Shown here: one piece after another, positions 63,161 through 64,000 of the stretch | Layout of the letters: each line of letters starts with the position of its first letter | Position numbering within the stretch: position 1 is the first letter of the stretch | DNA from: Macrostomum lignano | Lineage: Eukaryota | Direction of reading: 5' to 3' | DNA: 64,000 nt | Assembly: GCA_002269645.1 (NCBI GenBank) | Contig: NIVC01002755.1 | Span: forward strand, 62,001-126,000 | Made by a program: the position numbers and the translations under genes | The notes under the pieces: model-generated | What the model was told of the DNA's origin: nothing | The model's database searches: none | The model's input: the letters and a program-made list of their open reading frames with translations, nothing else

Positions 63161-63879
63161 TTGTTGAGTGGTTTTTTGTACTTTTGAAATCGGAGATTTT
63201 TTGCTGGCGCATCTCAATTCATGATGAGGCTGAACTCCGGGAATCTGCGATGCAGAGAGAGCAGAGGCTGATGTATTCAGCCATTGATTTATTGGCATGG
63301 GAAAAGAGCAGGGGAATTTTTTTAAAGTATCCCATTTTAGACAGAAGCTCTTCTCGATGAAGCTTTGAATGTGATGGGGAGTCTGGGCCTTAGTTGTAGC
63401 GGCGCAGTGAGAGCCCAGCCTCGTTAACAAACAATGCCTCCCCGGTTGGAAGCGAGCCAAAAAAGTCAGCGAAATTCCGCGACTGCGGTCTGCCAGCCTG
63501 GTTCGGTCGGTGGCTATTTTTAGCAGCATTGTGCGGCCGCGCCTGCAGCCCTGCGTTCGCCTGCACTTTTGGACCGGGGCAGGGCTGGGGATCAGACCAC
63601 TGCCAGGCTGCGCTGTCCCTAATCCGCTTCCTGGATTGCGCCAGGGGAGAAGGCATAATCAGAGCAGTTTACCTGGGACATTAGCGGGATAAGACGGCTT
63701 AACTGGGATTTTTATTTTATTAATTCCCATGGGAACCTCTTGAGCTCTGGCACTTCAAGTTGCTTCATTTCCTGTGTCGGTTTTCCCACCGTTGACCTCA
63801 GCTCACCTCTGTCCGCTCCTCTGCGCGGCCGCATGTCCGATCTCTCTGTTTTACTCGTATCTCCTGTCCCAACCAAAGA

Positions 63880-64000
63880 CCGTAGCTGAGACCGGCCAAA
63901 AGACGGCTGTGTCCGACCAAAAGACAGCCACTTAGTTGTGTCCGGCCAAAAGACCGCCACCTAGCTGTGTCCGACCAAAAGACCGCCACCTAGCTGTGTC
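63880..64000. repeat. 29-bp repeat running off the right edge
   Basis: CTAGCTGTGTCCGACCAAAAGACCGCCAC and variants. Confidence 0.8.

Noticed and set aside
63098-63692. ORFs near the right edge as exons
   Set aside because: No domain similarity or GC3 codon pattern like the real exons, and no clear splice boundaries.

Overview
Eukaryotic (animal) genomic DNA with spliced genes, GC3-rich exons, some very short introns and a different tandem repeat in most long introns. The style suggests the flatworm Macrostomum, but this is inference only. By reading splice sites and checking phases by hand I reconstructed eight protein-coding loci. These are: the 3' end of an unknown gene (+); an intronless-CDS JAZ/ZNF385-type zinc-finger gene (-); an 18-exon TRPM channel (+, 12600-27987); a same-strand run of EXOC8, NAGA-like GH27, MINDY4B-like pseudo-DUB and HSD11B1-like SDR (all -); and a PH plus degenerate-WW gene (+) whose exon chain is only partly resolved. 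Mobile DNA includes a nested pair of non-autonomous DNA transposons with clear TIRs and TSDs, a long-TIR mariner derivative in EXOC8 intron 1, SINE-like pieces and weak Harbinger/LINE relics. The most interesting signals are: a pair of mutually exclusive exons for the TRPM C-terminal coiled-coil region; intronic minisatellites built from splice-site modules, including about 30 decoy 3' splice sites; a sharply bounded CpG-depleted, transition-hypermutated domain; a minisatellite grown from a SINE/tRNA A-box; and a candidate trans-spliced four-gene operon. No CRISPR array, rRNA or intact tRNA was found. Gene boundaries and TE ends were counted by hand; repeat-array boundaries and copy numbers are approximate.
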